DNA of 64,000 bases. It comes from Saprolegnia diclina VS20. Its lineage: Eukaryota. How positions within the stretch are numbered: the stretch's first letter is position 1; each line of letters starts with the position of its first letter. The notes under the pieces were generated by a model. It worked only from the letters and a program-made list of their open reading frames with translations. It was not told the origin of the DNA and made no database searches. The DNA is taken from NCBI RefSeq assembly GCF_000281045.1, contig NW_008246088.1:371685-435684 (forward strand). The letters run 5' to 3'. Below, piece after piece: positions 63,594 to 64,000 of the stretch. The position numbers and the translations under genes are program-made.

Positions 63594-63636
63594 GCGGTGG
63601 CAGGCGGTGGCAGGCGGTGGCAGGCGGTGGCAGGCG
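63594..63636. repeat. 10-bp tandem repeat (GGCGGTGGCA) x~4 in the kinase 5' region
   Basis: gcggtggcaggcggtggcaggcggtggcaggcggtggcaggcg. Confidence 0.85.
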
Positions 63637-63736
63637 TCGGTGCTGCCGTCGCCGTGGCCGAGAAATCGCAGGATGAATCGCAGCCCGGTGCTGATCGCCG
63701 ACCTTCTAAATATAGCGGCCAGGACGTTGAACGCGC

Positions 63737-63803
63737 TGATTGGTGCGTTGTGATCGTGCTTGGAGCGGATTGGTCGGTTCCACTGCATCTCGCCGATGAT
63801 TGG
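63737..63803 (-). promoter_or_regulatory. Three evenly spaced CCAAT boxes upstream of the kinase gene
   Basis: GATTGG at ~63738, ~63768 and ~63798 (30-bp spacing). Similar paired CCAAT motifs lie before other genes (11120/11151, 12520/12551). Confidence 0.5.
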
Positions 63804-64000
63804 CACGATCCAGCACCAACCTATTTAAACCGCTGGATCCAGGCGCCGTTTTCGCGATGGCCGGACGCCGACTGCATTTTCTATGCGCTATGGCAGCAGT
63901 ACTGCGACATCGCTGAGGTGAAGAGAAGAGCTCGGCGGATGCTGTTAGAAGCATACAAGAACGAGTTTTGAACCTGTTCCAAGAAGGATCGCGGGCGAAG

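Overview
Eukaryotic, gene-dense, GC-rich DNA with short (~40-50 nt) GT-AG introns. The gene content (bZIP/START 'M96-like' genes, CBM20-TPS-TPP, Sfi1-like, PH-AGC kinase) points to an oomycete, probably Saprolegniales; this is inference. Recognisable genes: M48-like peptidase, CBM20-TPS/TPP, two tandem multicopper oxidases, TrhO/YceA-like rhodanese, myotubularin, TMEM94-like, two bZIP-START genes, a FYVE-like protein, an FAH-family hydrolase, an Sfi1-like protein, SBP2, a COG2907 FAD oxidoreductase, a SEL1L3-like protein and a PH-AGC kinase. The 27-58.5 kb part holds six paralogues of a family I cannot name (Cys-rich N-terminus, ~9 TM helices, long helical C-terminal tail). Two of them share a near-identical internal tract, one carries a P-element-like insertion (31-bp TIR, 7-bp TSD) in an intron, and several long foldback palindromes lie between them. 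Exon boundaries were read by eye. Assembly gaps are at 40374-40473 and 46979-47278.
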